The notes under the pieces are model-generated. The model ran no database searches. It worked only from the letters and a program-made list of their open reading frames with translations, and was not told where the DNA came from. The translations under genes and the position numbers were made by a program. From a virus (Duplodnaviria; Caudoviricetes), in the IMG/VR virus record IMGVR_UViG_3300005955_000004, positions 1 to 25,557 of that record: a DNA stretch of 25,557 nucleotides; one strand, 5' to 3'. Below, in pieces: positions 24,436-25,557 of the stretch. The first letter of the stretch is position 1; the number at the start of each line of letters is the position of its first letter.

Positions 24436-25557
24436 TGCCAACAATGACTGCTGCTAAGGGCACGTTTATTGTAAACGGTCAAGCCGTCCAATTTCTTAGA
24501 CGATTTCTAGTTGCGCGGGACATATGCGCAATTGCTCCAGCATACAGCACTCCCGTTACGTTTGATTGCTCGCTTGCTTGCACGGCTATTGGTTGGCCGA
24601 TGCAATTGGGCGTATTGACGATGAACTTTTATACCGACGATCCTCTATGCCCATCAGCAGGTGTGCATTCGTCGCTATATATTCCCGGCCAGATTCTCGT
24701 TCCACTCGCCTGTATTCCCGGTAACCCATCTCCTGAAGGCATATGGCAAGGCCGAGCGTTTTTCTCGTCAGTACTAATTCCCGGGCCGCCTCAATACGGC
24801 ATGTCGTTTCGATTCCAAGCCGTCATGACTGTAGAACTGGATGCCAGCGTCACTGTGTCTGTGACTATGGAAAGGCTTGTACCCAACGCTGAGTTTAGCC
24901 CGCCTCCGTCAGACGGTTCAAATGTCTACGTTACTTGCGCAACGTGGTCGCAAAACCTAGTGCGATATCTAGCACCGGGAGCAGATCCACTCGCGCGCAA
25001 TATCAATTGGACTATGACTAATTCGGCTTCAGTTGCTGTAGTTCCGAGCGGCACTTATTGTCAAACAGACATTCATTCAGCGACCATGAGTGTAGTGCTT
25101 ATCCCGTTCAAGCTGGGTTGCAATGGCATGGCTGATAATGTTACGCCAGCTGACTGCTCATTAGACACCGGATATCGGACCTATTCGTGTATGGCTTTGC
25201 TAGTAGAGCCAATTACGGCAAACGCTTGGCCAGCTCAATGGATACAAATGGGCACGAATAAACCTCTGGACTATCGGTGCTTCAATGGCACCAATTCCAG
25301 AACAGTCTCGCCAGTTGCGGCTGCAAGTTTGACTCCCTCGCCAGCGTATCCGCCTGTAGCAGACCTATTGAATTGCGGCTGCTCGGGAGAAGATCCAGTT
25401 AATGGAGATAAGCAGCAAATACAGTTTGGATCTGCGGCTGGATACGAGGTCGTCTTAAAGTCAGTAGATAAAGGCGACCCTTGTCTAGCCATTAGAGTTT
25501 CGGGTGCTAGCAATCCATGGACCGTTGATACATCTTACAACGTAGACGCAACAATAC
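24435..25557 (+). CDS. 3'-truncated Cys-rich tail/fibre-like protein, absent from the ORF track
   Basis: TAATG overlap at 24433-24437. The frame was read by hand without a stop to the window end (374 codons, MPTMTAAKGTFIVNG...), with about 14 Cys. Confidence 0.75.
   Translation, partial: MPTMTAAKGTFIVNGQAVQFLRRFLVARDICAIAPAYSTPVTFDCSLACTAIGWPMQLGVLTMNFYTDDPLCPSAGVHSSLYIPGQILVPLACIPGNPSPEGIWQGRAFFSSVLIPGPPQYGMSFRFQAVMTVELDASVTVSVTMERLVPNAEFSPPPSDGSNVYVTCATWSQNLVRYLAPGADPLARNINWTMTNSASVAVVPSGTYCQTDIHSATMSVVLIPFKLGCNGMADNVTPADCSLDTGYRTYSCMALLVEPITANAWPAQWIQMGTNKPLDYRCFNGTNSRTVSPVAAASLTPSPAYPPVADLLNCGCSGEDPVNGDKQQIQFGSAAGYEVVLKSVDKGDPCLAIRVSGASNPWTVDTSYNVDATI

Larger units (their letters stand above)
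1..25557 (+). mobile_element. Tailed phage (Caudoviricetes, probably siphovirus-like) genome segment: DNA modification, packaging, head and tail modules
   Basis: All credible ORFs are on the + strand with abutting or overlapping start/stop codons. Order is terminase-portal-protease-capsid-neck-tube-chaperone-tape measure. No integrase or att site is seen, so phage versus prophage cannot be decided. Confidence 0.95.

Noticed and set aside
324-25513. Numerous minus-strand and alternate-frame ORFs in the track (e.g. 19495-20109, 20590-21201, 9261-9803)
   Set aside because: They lie within well-supported + strand genes, lack recognisable motifs and read as antisense shadows.
1-25557. Stop-codon reassignment suggested by abundant TAG trinucleotides
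   Set aside because: Genes are full length under the standard code, and TAG ends terS at 3188-3190.
13798-25557. Diversity-generating retroelement or invertible fibre cassette
   Set aside because: No reverse transcriptase, recombinase, TR/VR pair or inverted gene is seen in the window.
1-25557. tRNA, structured ncRNA or intrinsic terminators
   Set aside because: Intergenic gaps are under about 45 nt, and no cloverleaf or hairpin-plus-U-tract was seen by eye.

Overview
The whole window is one + strand, tightly packed segment of a tailed dsDNA phage or prophage, probably a siphovirus because no sheath gene is seen. It opens with a 7-deazaguanine DNA-modification cluster: the C-terminus of a probable DpdA/TGT-like transglycosylase, queC, queD, queE, and folE fused to a minimal phosphoribosyltransferase-like domain. 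That cluster runs directly into terminase small and large, portal, a gp7/MuF-like protein, protease-scaffold, decoration protein and major capsid protein. Neck genes, an appendage module, two tail-tube paralogues, frameshift-type chaperones, tape measure and Cys-rich tail-tip genes follow. The most notable observations are: (1) the PRTase-FolE fusion, which lacks the Asp that contacts purine N7; (2) three helical cassettes bounded by Glu-type cleavage motifs inside the protease-scaffold, suggesting a cargo polyprotein; (3) strong GATA/TATC enrichment that stops near 16.3-16.6 kb; (4) an unannotated secreted CxNGxC peptide. All calls come from motif reading and gene order; no searches were run and all counts are by hand.
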